From assembly GCF_009914755.1 (NCBI RefSeq), contig NC_060928.1: DNA of 64,000 nucleotides. One strand, 5' to 3'. The position numbers were made by a program, and so were the translations under genes. Source of the DNA: the human T2T-CHM13v2.0 reference genome, Homo sapiens. Under the pieces are notes generated by a model. The model searched no databases. It was not told where the DNA came from and worked only from the letters and a program-made list of their open reading frames with translations. Of the stretch, positions 28,270 through 43,431 are shown one piece after another (position 1 is the first letter of the stretch; each line of letters starts with the position of its first letter).

Positions 28270-30195
28270 ATGGTACACTAGATCATCTGAAGCAGGTCTC
28301 TAATACATTAGAAAAGCTGGACAAAATGTATAAAATATTTACTTTAAGGCATGGTAAAGCTTACGTGTTAATGAAGTTACTAGTTCAGGATCCTGAAGTA
28401 TAAAAGATAATCAGAAAAGTAAGTCCAGCTCTGTGGCCACTTTTCCCCTGTTTTGTGGGGTTCTGTCCTCTTAATCTGAAAGAGAAAAGGTGAGAGAGGG
28501 AATAGTGCTTTTGACTGAGAGAACAGAAACAGTCCAGAGCCTGCCAAAGGGAGTTCCCAGTTGAATTCTCCTTATTTTGAGTTGAAACTCTGGAGGAATG
28601 AACCTTCAGATGAAAAGGGTGAAAGAAAAGATAAGAGTGGGGTGGTGGTGTACAGCACTCATAGGAACTGTAATTGAGCTTAAAATCATCTCAATACTGA
28701 AATTGAGTTAAGATAATCCCACTTGGCTCGTGCTTCCAGTTACTTGGTAGGGGGAAAAGCAAATCCTCTCTGGAAATTACAACAGTACCCTGTTTTCCAG
28801 AATATTATTAAAAACAATTGTGTAAACACAATGTTCAGAGAATATTTTTTAAAAGCAGGTACAAAAAAGCAACACTAGTGAAAAACAGCAAAAACAAACA
28901 ATACAAACACACTCACAGGAACACCTAATTTGGAGTTAACATTTACTATGTTCAAGGTCAGGGACAATATTTCAAATTTAAGTAGAGCACTAAAATCTAT
29001 TTTTAAAAATGAAAATTTCAGAACAGAAAATGAAATAACCAGAATTAAAAAGCTCAATGGATGAGTTTTATAGTAAATCAAATACGGTTGAAGAGAGATT
29101 TGTGAACTGGGATGTAAATCCGAAGAAAATTTTCAAAATGAAGCATAAAGGGACTAAAAAACAGAAAATACAGAAGAGAAAATAAGAATGATTCGGAGAT
29201 ATAGTATAGTATAAAAGTTTAACAACAATGGATAGAAGCTCCAGAAGAAAAAAGGAAGAGAATGAACAGGAGTTATATTTAAAGGCAAAATCACTGGGAA
29301 TGTTCATAAACTGATGAAATAAATGAAGCCAAAATTGAAAAAACTATAAATGCACAAAAAGGAAAAACTAAAAAATAATCAGCAACTACTCACATCATTA
29401 TAATACTAATGTTGAAACCCATGCTGAAAACTAATCCAAAGAGAAAATCATAAAAGCAATTAAAAGAAAAAGAACAGGATGGGCACGGTCGCTCACGCCT
29501 GTAATCCCAATGCTTTGGGAGGCTGAGGCAGGTAGATCACCTGAGATCAGGAGTTTGAGACCATCTTGGCCAACATGATGAAATCCCATCTACACACACA
29601 AAAAAAAAAAAAAAAAAAAAAAGGAAAAAGTAGCCAGGCATGGTGGCGCATGCCTGTAATCCCAGCTACCCAGGAGGCTGAGGCAGGAGAATTGCTCGAA
29701 CCCAGGAGGCGGAGGTTTCAGTGAGCAGAGATCGCAGCACTGCTCTCCAGCCCGGGCAACAGAGCGAGACTCCATCTCAAAAACAAAACAAAACAAAACA
29801 AAAAAAAATACCTTCCATGGAGCAGCAATTAGAAGGACAGCTGACTTCTCAACAGAAACAACATGAGCAAACAACAACAACAATTTAAAAATGCAAACAA
29901 AAAAACAAAGCAAAAGACAAAAAACCAAAAACCCAGAAAGCTATATTTAAAGCATTTAAAAAATAATAATCTAAATTAGAATTACAGTATATGCCTAACA
30001 AGAATACCCTCCAAAAATGAAAATACATTTTCAGACAAACAAAAACTGGGCAAATTCATCTCCAGCAGACTTGAACTTAAAGTATGTTTTACGCTGAAGA
30101 AAATGTTTCCCTGAGGAAAACTCAGAAATCCAAGAAGAAATAGAGAGCAAGAAACCTGATGCATATTTGGGTAAATCTAAATGAATTCGGTATCT
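28270..30195 (+). mobile_element. Old L1M 5'/ORF1 remnant interrupted by an Alu
   Basis: A-rich ORF1-like segments (aagctcaatggatgagttt...gaagagagatttgtgaactgg; cagctgacttctcaacagaaacaa). Confidence 0.75.
29477..29808 (+). mobile_element. AluS-type SINE with expanded middle A-linker and (CAAAA)n tail
   Basis: Full dimer; linker expanded to more than 20 A. Confidence 0.96.
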
Positions 30196-30330
30196 GATAA
30201 AAGACTCCTATAGGGAATGTCTTTGTAATGTTGCTAACCAAGGACTAAAACATCAAGGTATATGCAGCTTCAAGTGTGCCTCCAAGTTAGCACGACCATA
30301 ACCTTGAGTTCAGCTGCTTTTGCTTCAGAA

Positions 30331-30828
30331 CTCTGCTGTCTAACCTGGTAGCCACTAGCCACACGTGACTACTGAGCACTTGAAATAAGGTTAGTATAAA
30401 TTGAGAAATGCTGTAAAGATCAAATACACACTGAAATGAAAGAACTTTGTTGTTTTGTTTTGTTTTTTAAGTCAGGGTCTCGCTGTGTTACCTGTGCTGG
30501 AGTGCAGTGGCCGATCATGGCTCACTGCAGCCTCCAACTCCTGCGCTCAAGTGCTTCCCCCGCCTCAGCCCCCAAAGATACTGTGATTATAAGCATAAGC
30601 CAATGTACCCAGCTCTAGAGAACTTAATTTTTTAAGATATAAATATCTTATTAATATTTTACATTGCTTAAATATTGAAATAGTATTAGCATACTGGATT
30701 AAATAAGATATATTATTAAAATTAACTTCTAATTTATCTGTTGCATTTTGTTTGTTCTAATGCGGCTATTAAACCACTAATTACATGAAGTATGTGGTTT
30801 CCATTCTATTATTACTGGACAGTGCTGC
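30331..30828. mobile_element. MER33-like hAT-Charlie MITE interrupted by an Alu monomer
   Basis: ctctgctgtc...gtagccactagccacacgtg...gagcacttgaaat and terminal ggacagtgctg. Confidence 0.85.
30446..30613 (-). mobile_element. Alu monomer (FRAM/FAM-like)
   Basis: Single reverse Alu arm with a (TTTTG)n tail. Confidence 0.85.
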
Positions 30829-33800
30829 CTTACAGCGTGGGTTCCATTAACTCAAAATGAAAAGTCCTGTATTTGATGCCTATTCCCTGAAATCACAGTG
30901 CAGTTTATTAATAGCAGAGATGATGATAATTCACAAACACTCTGTCTTCTTCCCTTTAAGATAAAGTAGCTTTTAAATTTATCACTTTAAGAGTTATATC
31001 CATCTTTCAAACAAATTTCTCTTTCAAACCCAATCAATTTGTAAGGCTATAGGTGAATATAAGAATGCAAATTTACAGCAACAGCAGCAGCCTCAGCACA
31101 CCACACATTCACTCCATAGAAACACTTTGCATTTTAGGAGCTAACCATATTGACTTTAGTGGAAGCTCAAGTTGCTTTTGAAATTATGAAATATAAAATC
31201 ACTAAAACAAGAAAACAATTATGTCTTAGAGATGGCGTATGTGTTATTTATTACAGTATCTTGGTAAGTGCTTCAAGGTTTTTGACATGCAAACAATGTT
31301 GTCACTAGGAAATGAAGTGAGACATCAAGATCAGTCCAGAAACCATAAATGTGAATGTCCACACACAAGCATGCTTGATGGCACAGTAGAGAGAGAAAGT
31401 ATGTGGAAAACATTATGTGTGTGTATGTAGGTATATGGATATGCAGAATTCTCCCCTTTTGAGCTCAAAAGGACATTTACTGTGGTCCTCCTTGCAAGTG
31501 TTCAATAACCAGCTATTTGGAAGACAAATTTGTTCTGTGACATTGTCTTTTATCTTCATTCCAGGTCCTGTTCCCTTGCAGGTTGGTGTGTGCCTGAGAT
31601 AAAGAAGTGATGCTATACAAACATTACCAACTGTTTGTGGGAATGAAGTACTTCTACACTTCTCTTCATACCAAACATGAAGCCAGAAATATGATCCAAG
31701 GGGCACATGGACAACTAAACCTGATACAAGATGAAGTAAAGTTAAGAGGAAATAACAATAGAGAAAAGATTTTTATGTGTCCGTAAGTTAACTCCCTGAA
31801 GCACCCTCATACCATTTCTTTAAATTATCAGGCCTAATAACCATGTTTCTATTCTGCATATTAAGGGGATTCACAACCTGACCCATGCCACCACTGCAAC
31901 CTCAACTTGCATTACTCTCACATGGGCCATTTACACTCCAGAAAGATCAACTTTCTTATACTTTCCTAAGCATGTCATTTTCTTTCACACTTACGCTTCT
32001 CACATGCTTTTCTTTCTATATGGAGTGTTCTTCCTCATTTCCTCTGGTGGCTTAAATCTATTTATTCTTTATAACTAAGCTCAAATTTCATATACTCAGT
32101 GAACTTTCACTTCATAAAAATGATTTTTGAAATTCATTTCAAAACATTTTTAGTTGAGTTTGTGAAAAACATATGAAAATCTTGTGATTTAATCTAGAAT
32201 CTTTTCAAGGATCTTATTAACAATTATTCAAATGTAATGAGCTTGTAAAAGCCTAGACTATAAAACAAACACACATACATATATACATAAGTATATACAC
32301 TTTCCTAATTCCCCTCAGAAAGTAATATAAGGAATTCTATATACATCCATGTATGTAAATATACGCACATACAGCATATTTATGTTAAACAAAACTATGT
32401 TTTGCCACTATATTTGTTAATGTTTTTGAAACAAATAGTAACTGGAGATATATCCAGTATTATTTTGTTCTTAGAATATTTTCTCACTAAAATGACTGAA
32501 AACATTAGCTTATGATGCAAAAACAAACTACATTATATGAAAAAGGATACAAATTAAAATCTCAACTTCAGTCATGACAACAAAAACATATTTCTCTTTC
32601 AATTTAATTTCCATGAGAAACTATTCTAAATTAAAACCTTCCAGTGTAGTGTCTTTCATTTTTTGCATTTTTACTACCTAGGGATCAAACAGTTTGACAC
32701 AGCAAAAATTCTGGTGAGTTAGGAAGAAATGCTGATTGGTTTGTTGGCTGGTGGCCGGGGGAATGTTATGACCGAGTAATTACGTGTTCTGGACAGATGC
32801 ATTAACCAGGCTTGGGGCTGGAGCCACTGGATATTATTTTAGTCATAAGGCTAGAGGAACTGAATCATTTTCAAAGCATTGGCTGGCTGACATTGCCTTA
32901 CTGATGCCTGTTCCAATGACTCTTTGGCAGTAACTTCCAACGCTGCACTTATGACATGGTAAACAAAAACTACATTAAAGGTTTGCTTTTTAATCATGAA
33001 GGAGTTCAACATTTCCACTAAGCTCTCTTGCTATTTATCAAGTCACATTGAAGGCTATTGCAGATTTTCACAGTCCTGTCTTCTGATAGAAGAACTGTAG
33101 CAATGTAGCAAGCAGAAAGCTTTAGGTTTTTCACAGCATTAAAAAAGCATATGATCAAAATTCAAACGGATAATACATTTTTGCAACTGTTCTCACTATG
33201 AGACTGAAAATTGACAATGTCTTCTGCCTTTATCAATGATTTATTTCAATTCATAAAATGTCATTCTTTATAAAGCATCTGTTTAATGATTAGAGAAATA
33301 TATAATAACACACTCAATATGATAGCATTTGGCTTCTAGGAAAAGACAATACGTTCCATAATAATCAATCAATTGGTTAGGTTCGGGTAGCTTTTCCTTT
33401 TGTGCCATTTAAACCTGAAATTTTATTTTGACAGCAGGTACTAATTACAAACTTCACAATAATTTAATTTTAACCATGCTTAGGTATCTCAAATATCTTT
33501 GTACTGATTACTAAAAAGCTTAAATAACATAATTTTAATATGATATAAAATATTCATTTTTGCTTTTTTTAAGTGGTTTTTGAATTATGAGGGCATAGTG
33601 ATGTTTCTCTTAAATATAGCTCTACTAAAGTAAAATGCAAATAACAGTCAGCTTTTCAGGACATTTGGAAGTCTTAAATTTTTTTTTCATATTAGCAAAT
33701 GATTGATGGTATTCAATTGCTAATATGAAGGCAAAGTAGGTGATGGATGGATGGATAGATAGACGTTGATAGATGAGAGATAAAGGTAGATAAAGATGAG

Positions 33801-36800
33801 AATGTTTCCTTTCTTCTTATTTATTTTAAAATATAATAACTACGAGCTTTAAAACTATTAAATAGGAGTATTAGAAGATATTCTTCAGAATCAAAGAGAT
33901 TTTAAAACATTTTTGAAGAGGCATCATTTTGGTTCAGTTTTGTAATATTATTTTATAATTTTTTTTCTTCTGGTTATTCACAAAGCATCCATTAACATAA
34001 AATGAAAATCACTTTGCTAATGTAATTTTTTAAAGTTAATTAACACTCAGGAATAAGTCTATCTGAGTTATTGTAGTATCAGTGCATATGTCATAGCTAA
34101 GTTATATGTCTCTTAAATAACTGCAATTGAAATTTCTTTAAAAATACCCCAACAGAAGATTATAAACTAGTAATGAAATATATTAATGTGATCATTAAAA
34201 TCACTGTAATCACCCTATTATTTTTATTTACAAAATTTACTATTTAAAAGGAAGTGTTATTCTCTTGTACTAAAGAGTTTTATCAAAAGGCTGGAGGGGT
34301 AAGTTAGTTGGAAGACACTTACTGAACTTGTGAGGGAAAATTTAGAAAAACTCCCCTCTAAACTGCAAAGCAGTTCCAGAAACAGAATATAAATCGACAC
34401 TTTATGTAATATCTGAAAAGGACTTACTGAGAGAACATTTTTAAATGTCTCTAAAAAGCAAATGCTTATAAATGAAGCCACAATGATAAAACTGATACAA
34501 AAATTTTTCCTAGAAAAAACGGAGAAAACAAAAAGAAAGGAGGAAACTGGGTTGGCAAAGAAAAGGGCAGATCTAAAAGCACCAACTGAATTGTCCGAAA
34601 TCAAATTGCATCATGTTTTAAGAAATGATCATTTGCTTATGCTTCTGAAATATAGGTTATGTTAAATTTTACTGTGTGAAGAATAATCTAGTTGGATCAA
34701 AATATTGAAATATAAATAACATATTATAATTATACTATAATGAAATATTATAGTTCATATCAGAACTTAACACATAACCAATAAAACTAACAGAAAAGCT
34801 TTTCCAGGCAAAGACTATGTTGTCTATTACAACAGTAAAAACACAGTGTAGAAACCTCTCATTTTTTATTCCTGTTCCTTTCGTTGCTCTAGGGACTCAA
34901 ACATTCTTACAAAATAAATTTTCTTAAACTATTTTAATCATTTTAATAAACTCATTTTGCTCTGAATTGTTACTAATTCCACTAATAGTGTTAACTGGTG
35001 CAAATAGTTACTAATTGCCACTTAAATCAATCATTGGATAAATAAGTGGAATATTAATTAGCACAATTTTATTATATGTGGTATATTCTATTCTTTTCTC
35101 AAAAACAAAAAATCAAAATAGTTGATAGTGTTGTTTAGGTTGTACAATTAAATTATTTAATGCAATGTTTGTCACATAATGGATCTTTAAGAAATATCAT
35201 GATTAATAAATTAATTTTCTCAATAGATGGACATTTTTTGTTTACAAAGTATAATATTTAGCATATTTTTAGTACTTACTCCATACTCCTAGATTGTTTA
35301 CATTCAATACATGTGCTAGGTACTTAAATAAATTATAATTATTTTATTTTTAAATATAAAAAATTCTGGAACTCATTTTTTCAAGTTTGTATAAGAAGAT
35401 TTTTTATTTTTAAAACCTCTATTCAATAAGATGTCCATCTTGTTAAAATACAAAAAAGTGGGTGGGGGGGTGGATCAAGGCAAAGAAACTTTGGGAAAAA
35501 AAAGGTCTTTGAAACAGCAAAGTATAAAATATGGTGAAAATGATGTTTAAAGGTATTTTATTACCATAAGCTGCAGTAAATGTGAACTTAGCATGGAGTG
35601 ACCTAAATTAAATACAGAAACTTACATAATATTTCCTCTGATGGACCTAATGAAAATACAGTATTTAAGGCAAGCTTAAAAAAAAATACTATGAACAAAA
35701 GAACGTATGTTAATGTGAAACAATCCTCCACTAATGATTTTCTTTAAAAAGAAAAAACTTTTTATAAAGCCTAAACAAGGCAGAAAAGACACACAGACAC
35801 ACATCTGTCATATGTTTGCTGCTTTATGGTCACTGCTTTAAGAAAGGATGTGAGTTATGAAGTGAGTCCTTTCGTAAACATTGTAATAAAGCCTGGGTAA
35901 GATATACAAGGCATCAGAACCCTTCAAGCTGCTGTTCTCTAAATAACACTAAGAATTATATGAGCCTCCAAGTTCCTTGTATAAATTGCTACACCAGCTC
36001 AAAACACTAGGCTGCTTTATCATTTTTGAATCCTTTTCAGAAAACCTGAGTTCTTCCTTCACTTTACAGAGAGGTGAGAATGCAGCAGTAAAGAATCTGT
36101 ATTTTATCAAATGTCCATACTTTTTGGAGACAGAGATCAGTACATTTAATTTATGAGCACTAATTATTTTTCTTCCCCTTCTAAAATCTCAATTCATTAA
36201 CACTGTTGAGGATACCAAAGATGACATGAGCAAGAACACATTCTAAGCATTTATTCTTCCGAAAGAGATTGTAAAGGGGACACAGTAGATCAAATTAACC
36301 TCTGATTACTTTGCTAGCTGTGGTCTTTAAGAGCCAAAAGAGAGAATAACTTTTGAAATCTATTTTGAAATAGAATTGAGTGTAGAAACAGCAGTAGATT
36401 CTCTCCTCTTGGTCTCACCTACCTTTTCTACTATTTTTGAATTAAATAATTTAAATCCTTTGGGATTGATTTCTGCAGACTATTTAAAGAATTTAAAATT
36501 CCTTCCTGTCTTCAGACTGTAGTATAGTTGTTCAACTCTATTTCTAATAACTTTAATAACTCTTTTTAATAGCTTATTTTTATCATTCAATTCTAAACTA
36601 AAACCAACTCCTGAAAAAGGAAACGTTATACATTATAAAATAATTCCAATAATTACAAAAATTGAAGAAAAATATTTTCTTTGGTTTCTAAAAATACTTA
36701 AAGAGGAGGCAATGTTAATACAGTGAGAAAATCTCTAGTTGAAGAAAGAAAATAAACTGAACTCAAATTAACAAATTTTTATCAAAGCATTGATTGACTA

Positions 36801-39515
36801 GTTTTAATTATTTTATGACTATTTACAGTGCTACCAATTGAAAACAACAAAAAGTATATAATGACAGAAAAAAAATAAGCTAAAACACAAAACTAACCAT
36901 ACAGTTTAAGCATATGGCTCATACAGGATATGGAACTATACTCAGCTTCCTAAGACATTCTAATTAGTGTTTCCTATTATCTCATAAGGATTTATGTCCT
37001 TTAAATTTACTGCTAAATTTAGTCTGTAAGTCTAATATCATTAATTTCTTTTTATTTTCTACAATAGAAATTACATATGGAAAAGAAGGACTACTACAAA
37101 ATTAGATGTTAAAAGAAGAACGCTAAGTGAAGCAAAGTTTAAGATTACAGAAGTTTTAGGGATCTTTAAATTCTTATTTTTCTGTTAAAAACACCCAGAA
37201 ACTCTTGCACACTCACTCTTTTTGACTGATACTATATAATATTTATGCATGCATGACAACAAAATATGTTTCAATAAAAATATATTTGAACTAGCAAAGC
37301 AAAATTGCTTTAAGCTTTTGATCTATCTCATAGCTCACATCTCTGAAAGTCTTTTCCTTTCAGCAGTTACATTCAAAAAGTCAAAGATATACAGCTGACG
37401 ATTCAAGCTGAATGACACCACGATAAACTATGGTTTCTCCTACAGATAAAATACATCATAAATCGGTGCAACACTTACCTCATTTTAAATATTACTGTCT
37501 CCTTTTATCAGGTAACACTATATGACCTCCTTTTGCCTCCCTTCTTCCCATATTTTACATGAGATTTTAATTCTATACAATGATCACAACCAGAATTTAT
37601 TTAATTAAAATAGGATATATGGCTTTAAAGGGTTAGGTTATCTGACAAACAGATTTAATTTTAAAAAATAATAATGAGGACAGACTGACTTCTAATGCCC
37701 CGCAAAATGTGGCAATAACAGAATTATATTTATTTTTAAATTGCAATAACTCTTTATATTTAACTGCAATTTATCACATGATCTAAAATGATAGGCAATG
37801 CTGTTTAAGAAAATAGAAATGCATATCCAACTAAACGACAAAGATATGTCTGCAGGGAGTGTATGCAACATAATATGCAGCTTTTCTCATTAAAATATCT
37901 ATTCCTGAATTACAACGGCCCTATCAACACTGTGTTTCTAGCTAACGGCTTGATTTAATCCTGTTCAGTCTCCAGCCAGAAGTTATTCTTTTTCTGAATA
38001 CTCAACTTCAGATTACACTCCCCAAGCTATTAAATGCATTAAATGTACCAGGATAAATCCTGATTATCATCTACACAACTTTGGATTCTTATCCTTCATC
38101 CTCCCAGGCCTGCTGAGAGGTAGGCTTTCTCATTTAGCTGAAGTAAAGAGGAAGGCGGGCTCCCCCTGGTCAGGAGAGAGTAGCTGTGAATGAGGCCCCA
38201 CGGTCATCAGACACCCCAGAGTTGGCAACTTGTGCTTCCTTTTCCCTCTGTGGCCACCCCAGAGCAGACATCAGTGCTGGCCTTCCAGATGCATCAATCT
38301 TGTCTACCACGGAGGAACATCAGTCACAAAGAGGCTTGTTCCCATTTCCAGTTGCTTTTCATCTGAAAGCAGCATTGGGAAAAGAAACCTGTGGACTCAA
38401 TCCCGTCAGTTCTTATCTTTCCAAAACATCTCGGACCAAAGCCACGGAATGAACTCTCAACCGTATCTTTTCATCAGAAGGTCCATGGCCACCCCGATCT
38501 GATGATTATTTCACACAGTTTCAGGGAGACTCCCAAACTAGCTGAAAATCTCTACTGTTTCAATTGATCCTTCTTAAAATTATTATCTTTTACCACATAG
38601 GGGCTACTTACTATGCGAGATCATTATATATACAAGTAAAGAATATATCTTATTTTCATATAGTATGCAAAAATAATAAAATGCTTTTTACATAATCCTA
38701 CTGGTTTTAAAGATTTCTGTTTAGGCCTTGCATTATGAGAGTTTTCAAATTAGCAGTGATGGATTTTTGTTGATATGTAGCAAGTTCTATTTCAGCACTT
38801 CAGGCTCTATGTAACCATACCCCATGTGTTTGCCACACCACTGCCTTGAGTTGACCTGGCATTGAAGGTGCAGTCTATAACCCTGAAACAGAAAGAAGCC
38901 AATCAGTTTCAGCATACACCCCCACTGGCTATGCCAAACCCATATTCCTCAAGCCTCAACTTTACATTCAAGGTAAAGCACCCCGACTTGAATATTCTCA
39001 GCTTTCCTTCTTTCAAACTCTGAACAGCATTAACTTTATACTGTCGTTTTCTTTTCTTCCTTTCTGACTCAAAAAAAAATCAGTGTCTTCTTTTCCACAT
39101 GTAAGCCTCTGCACCTGTGCTTAATTTCATCTCCTCCCACCTCCCCAAGGAGTTTGCATCATTAATTATTTGTTCTTGTCTTTGCCATAAACTCCTTCCA
39201 ATATGCCTTCAAAGACTTGTCTCTAATTGGGAAAAAAATTATTTCATGTGTCCCCATCGCATTCCTACAACTATTTTTCCATTTCTATCCTTCTTTTCAT
39301 TGCTATAAACTTCACGAGCACCTATTTTTCTTCTCATATGATGGAACGTAATCCACTCATTATTAATTACTTATTTAATGTCTGTCTTCTCATAACATCA
39401 ACTCCATAAAAACAAGGATTAAGTCTGTCTTCTTCCAGTTTATACAAGTGCCTAATGCAGTTTGTAGAACATGTTAGACATTCAAAAAGTATTGATTATA
39501 CTGGATTATTTAATC

Positions 39516-39834
39516 TTTTTTTTTTTTTTTTTTTTTGAAATGGAGTCTCGCTCTGTCGCCCAGGCTGGAGCGCAGCGGCAAGATCTCTGGCCTCACTGCA
39601 ACCTCTGCCTTCTGGGTTCAAGCGATTCTCCTGCCTCAGCCTCCTGAGTAGCTGGAATTACAGGCGCCCGCCAGCACACCCAGCTAATCTTTGTATTTTT
39701 TTTTTTTTTTTTTTCATAGAAATGGGGTTTCATCATGTTGGCCAGGCTGGTCTCGAACTCCTGACCTAAACTGATCCGCCCACCTTAGCCTCCCAAAGTG
39801 CTGGGATTACAGGCATGAGCCACCGCGCCTGGCC
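39516..39834 (-). mobile_element. AluS-type SINE, full length
   Basis: TSD tggattat(t/a)taatctt at 39502-39517 and 39835-39850. Confidence 0.97.
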
Positions 39835-39989
39835 TGGATTATATAATCTTAACAATGTTACTTTTTTGTTGTCGTTTCTCATCACCTCCACTATAACTCC
39901 TGAAAATCTGGTTTCTACCCCCTCCACTCTCAAGGAAATGTACATTCACCAAAAACATATGCTATATTATTTTTCTCAACACAGTTACT

Positions 39990-40740
39990 TACAAATCGAT
40001 AAATAAAATAACGTATTCTCAGTTTCTACTCCTTTTGACCCTTAAAAATCTGACGCTGATGTTGACCCTATCTTTACGGACCCTCCGGCATACTGGTTCT
40101 CCTCACCCCTCCTATCACTTTGTCTCAGTTCATCCCTCCAACCTTTACAAACTAACCCCACCACCTAACGCCCAGCCTGCTTGCTTACACTATTGTATTA
40201 GACTCCAACCTCTCCCACTCCAATTCACACTGAGTATTAATAGGAGACTAATTCCCTCCTATTCAAAAATCTCAAAAGTTTCTCACTGCCTGTATTATTT
40301 AAAGTCTAAGCTCCTTATCCTGACATTCGAGACCCCCTTCATAATCTGTACCCTAATCTCTCCAGCCATACCCCCAAAATTACTTACACCCAGTCCCTTC
40401 TACTTATTGAAACCACACATGTCTTATTTTCCTACTTGATACTTTTGCTTCATGTCAGTTGCCCTGACTAGAATGCTTCCGGCTACTATCAGTGTATACA
40501 AATATTCTTCATCTTTTCTTTCTTTTATTATTATTATTATTTTGAGACAAGGTATCTCCCTGGCTGGAGTGCAGTGGCATGATCTGTTGCCCAGGCTGTT
40601 CTCAAACTCCTGGGCTTGAGGAATCTTCCCGCCTCAGCCTCCCAAAGTGCTGGAATTACAGGTGTGAGGCATCGCACCCAGCCTTATCCATCTTTTAATA
40701 TTCAGTCCAGACTACTGTTTCTTCATTAAGGCCAGCACAA
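39990..40740 (+). mobile_element. L2 remnant containing an internally deleted Alu (40524-40683, minus)
   Basis: Pyrimidine-rich L2-like segments; the Alu joins the right-arm end directly to the left arm. Confidence 0.65.
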
Positions 40741-42139
40741 ATTTCCAAGGTATCTTGGTGTCCATTTGAACGATTATTTTGGAAGCCAACCATGTGCTTA
40801 ATTATTTTATTTTGTTAGTTTTATAATAGTTGTATAATACATTCTCAGTGTTTAGATTTCAAGGTGTACAAAAGTGTTTAACTGTCTTCCCCACAACCTT
40901 GTCCTTCAGCCAGCAAGGTTCCCTCCTGGAAGCAACCAATATTATCAGGGATCTTTCCAGGGATCTTTCCAGGGATAATTCATTAGAAGCAAATGGAAAT
41001 TACTGTCTTTTCATATGTTTAGCACTTTGTACCAAGCAAATATGTATCTATTTATTTTTTCTACAAATATTTAACATTTTATGTACATACAAGTTATCCT
41101 CCTATTTATGGAGTCTATGTGCCTTGGCTTCTTTATATTAATGTCTGTCAAATAAATATTCATTGATTGATTGTGCAATTCTTTTTTTCAAGTCTGGGAT
41201 AGACTATTTCATGGTAAGATTGACTCTCTACCCCCTTCTCCTCAATTAAGAAAGATAATAAAGTAAGCAGTCGGTTTTTTTCAAACACTTCCTCCCCATA
41301 CACAGTCCTTAAGAGGAAACTGAAACATGACTAATCACATATGCAGATGTGCATTGTTTTACTGTGATAGTTTAATATGTTCCAGATACAAGCACACATT
41401 GCCATGTTTCCTTTGGTTCTGATACATACGCTGATACAAAGATTAGCAAAATTGCTGATTTGTAATGGATGATTCTGTTTCATTTTAGAACTCTCCCATC
41501 CCTGCAGCATTCCAAGTTCACTAAAGGTGTGTTTGCATTGAAACTTTTTTTCATAATTACGTCTATCTCCATTTCATATTGCACCTATTAGAAATGACAT
41601 GACAGCCCACCCACCTTGTTGCTGCTTCCTAAATACCCTACAGTTTCTTCTTATCTTAAACATATGTATCAATTTGTGAAATGATAAACCCCAAAATGCT
41701 GTTTTATATAAAGAAATAAAATAATGCCTAAGTCAAGCGTTGGAAGCAAAGTCAGCTTCATTCATAGTTAAACATTGTACCTGGCATTACTAATTTAAAG
41801 TATCATACAGAATATAATAGATATTTGGAATCAAATGGTTTATTTGACCAACAGAGAGCCAAACCACATAAGCTAGAATGCCTCAAAACCCATTAGTTAA
41901 AAGAGCCTTTAACTATCAAATTGGCTGCTTTTAATGCATCAGACTCTGGGCATGTGCCAGATACTCCCTTGATTTCACAAAATAGAACCTCAATGTATAT
42001 CCCACACACGTACCTTGAATTGGAATTATTTCCTTTTTATTAATCTTGTATTTAAATCAATGCCCAAGGTTTAAATATCATCTACAAAGACACAATTTTT
42101 CTTAGAAAAATGTATCTTGAACCAATAAATACAATTTTA

Positions 42140-42288
42140 GTATGTATGTAGGTATGTATTTACATACACAGTGAGATGGGACCTCACTATGTTGCCCTTG
42201 CTGGTCTTGAATGCCTGGCCTCAATCAATACTCCTACCTGGACCTCTCACAGTGCTGGGATTACAGGTATAAGCCACCACACTTGGCC
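42140..42288 (-). mobile_element. FLAM-type Alu monomer with (TATG)n-derived tail
   Basis: Reverse left-monomer sequence ending ggcc. Confidence 0.88.
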
Positions 42289-43431
42289 TAGTTTTTCAAA
42301 ATTAATGTAGGCTATCTTTATCTATACCAGCACAGATGCTTTTAAAAACTTGAAAATATTTTTTATCAGAACTACATGGAAAATATCAGTATTTTAGGCT
42401 TACAGTTTTAGTAGCTATTAAATCACCAAAATAGTAAAAAATGTTCCATTTTACTTGATTCTTCTTGATGACTATTTCCTTCCCAGCTAAACACACACAC
42501 ACATTTTCACAAGCTCACGCACAAGCTTACTCACCTAAAAGTCTCATAAATATAAAATTTATGTTACAAAATATTCAGGTGTGAGTGAGATTAAGTAGGA
42601 ATCAATAATTCTGATTTGTCATAAAGATTGAGTTTATTTTTATCCTCAATTTTAATAAATTCTGTTCTGGGTTTTAGTTCAGATTATGAGTATATATTAT
42701 CATAAATGGTTTGAATATTTACCAACACAGAATTTAGTAACAAGTGAGATAGATGCTAAGACACTGTTAAGGTAGGTTGGAAGCACTTAGTTTTGATAGG
42801 CATGATATATAGCTAGGGAAGCAAGTGTATGCAAATAATTATGCTGTCTTTGAAAGAGTGGCTTATTTAGATGTAGCATAGCCAATGAGACTGTGGTAGT
42901 ACTTGTGAAACTTACAGGAAGTAATTAAAGACGCACAGATTCTCTTCTTTTACTGGCTGTTTCTGCATTACATAGAGATTATGAAGAGAGACAAGAAGAA
43001 TGACAGAGAAGCCTGAACAGCCCGTCACATTTTCAACTAAGAAAATTGTTTTTTTCCATAGGCAAACTTTCTAGTTAACAAACACTTGTTGTTTTTATTT
43101 TATTCTCTATTACTTGCAAGTTTGGGAAAAATTCTGATTTCTACATTTTAACAAAGATACAGACATGTTTATTCTCCAAAGGGTTTGTTCTCTATGTCAC
43201 CAGCATTTTGCAATCCTCTTCATCCTCAGGTCCTCTGGTTGGTTGCCATCTGGCAGTTTACCTTTGATTTTATGAATAAGGTCCCCAATTGTTTTTGCAG
43301 CTGTTATCAGTGCAGCCTGATCTATTTCGAATGGGGATAACAGAAAATATATCTCCACAATGTTCTCTGCATTTCATTCCTGTGGCTCTCTTCCCAGACT
43401 TTGAATTGTGATTTTTCTAGTGTACATTCCT

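Noticed and set aside
34257-34665. Overlapping 115-aa and 67-aa ORFs
   Set aside because: Compositional artefacts of A-rich sequence with no splice or domain support.
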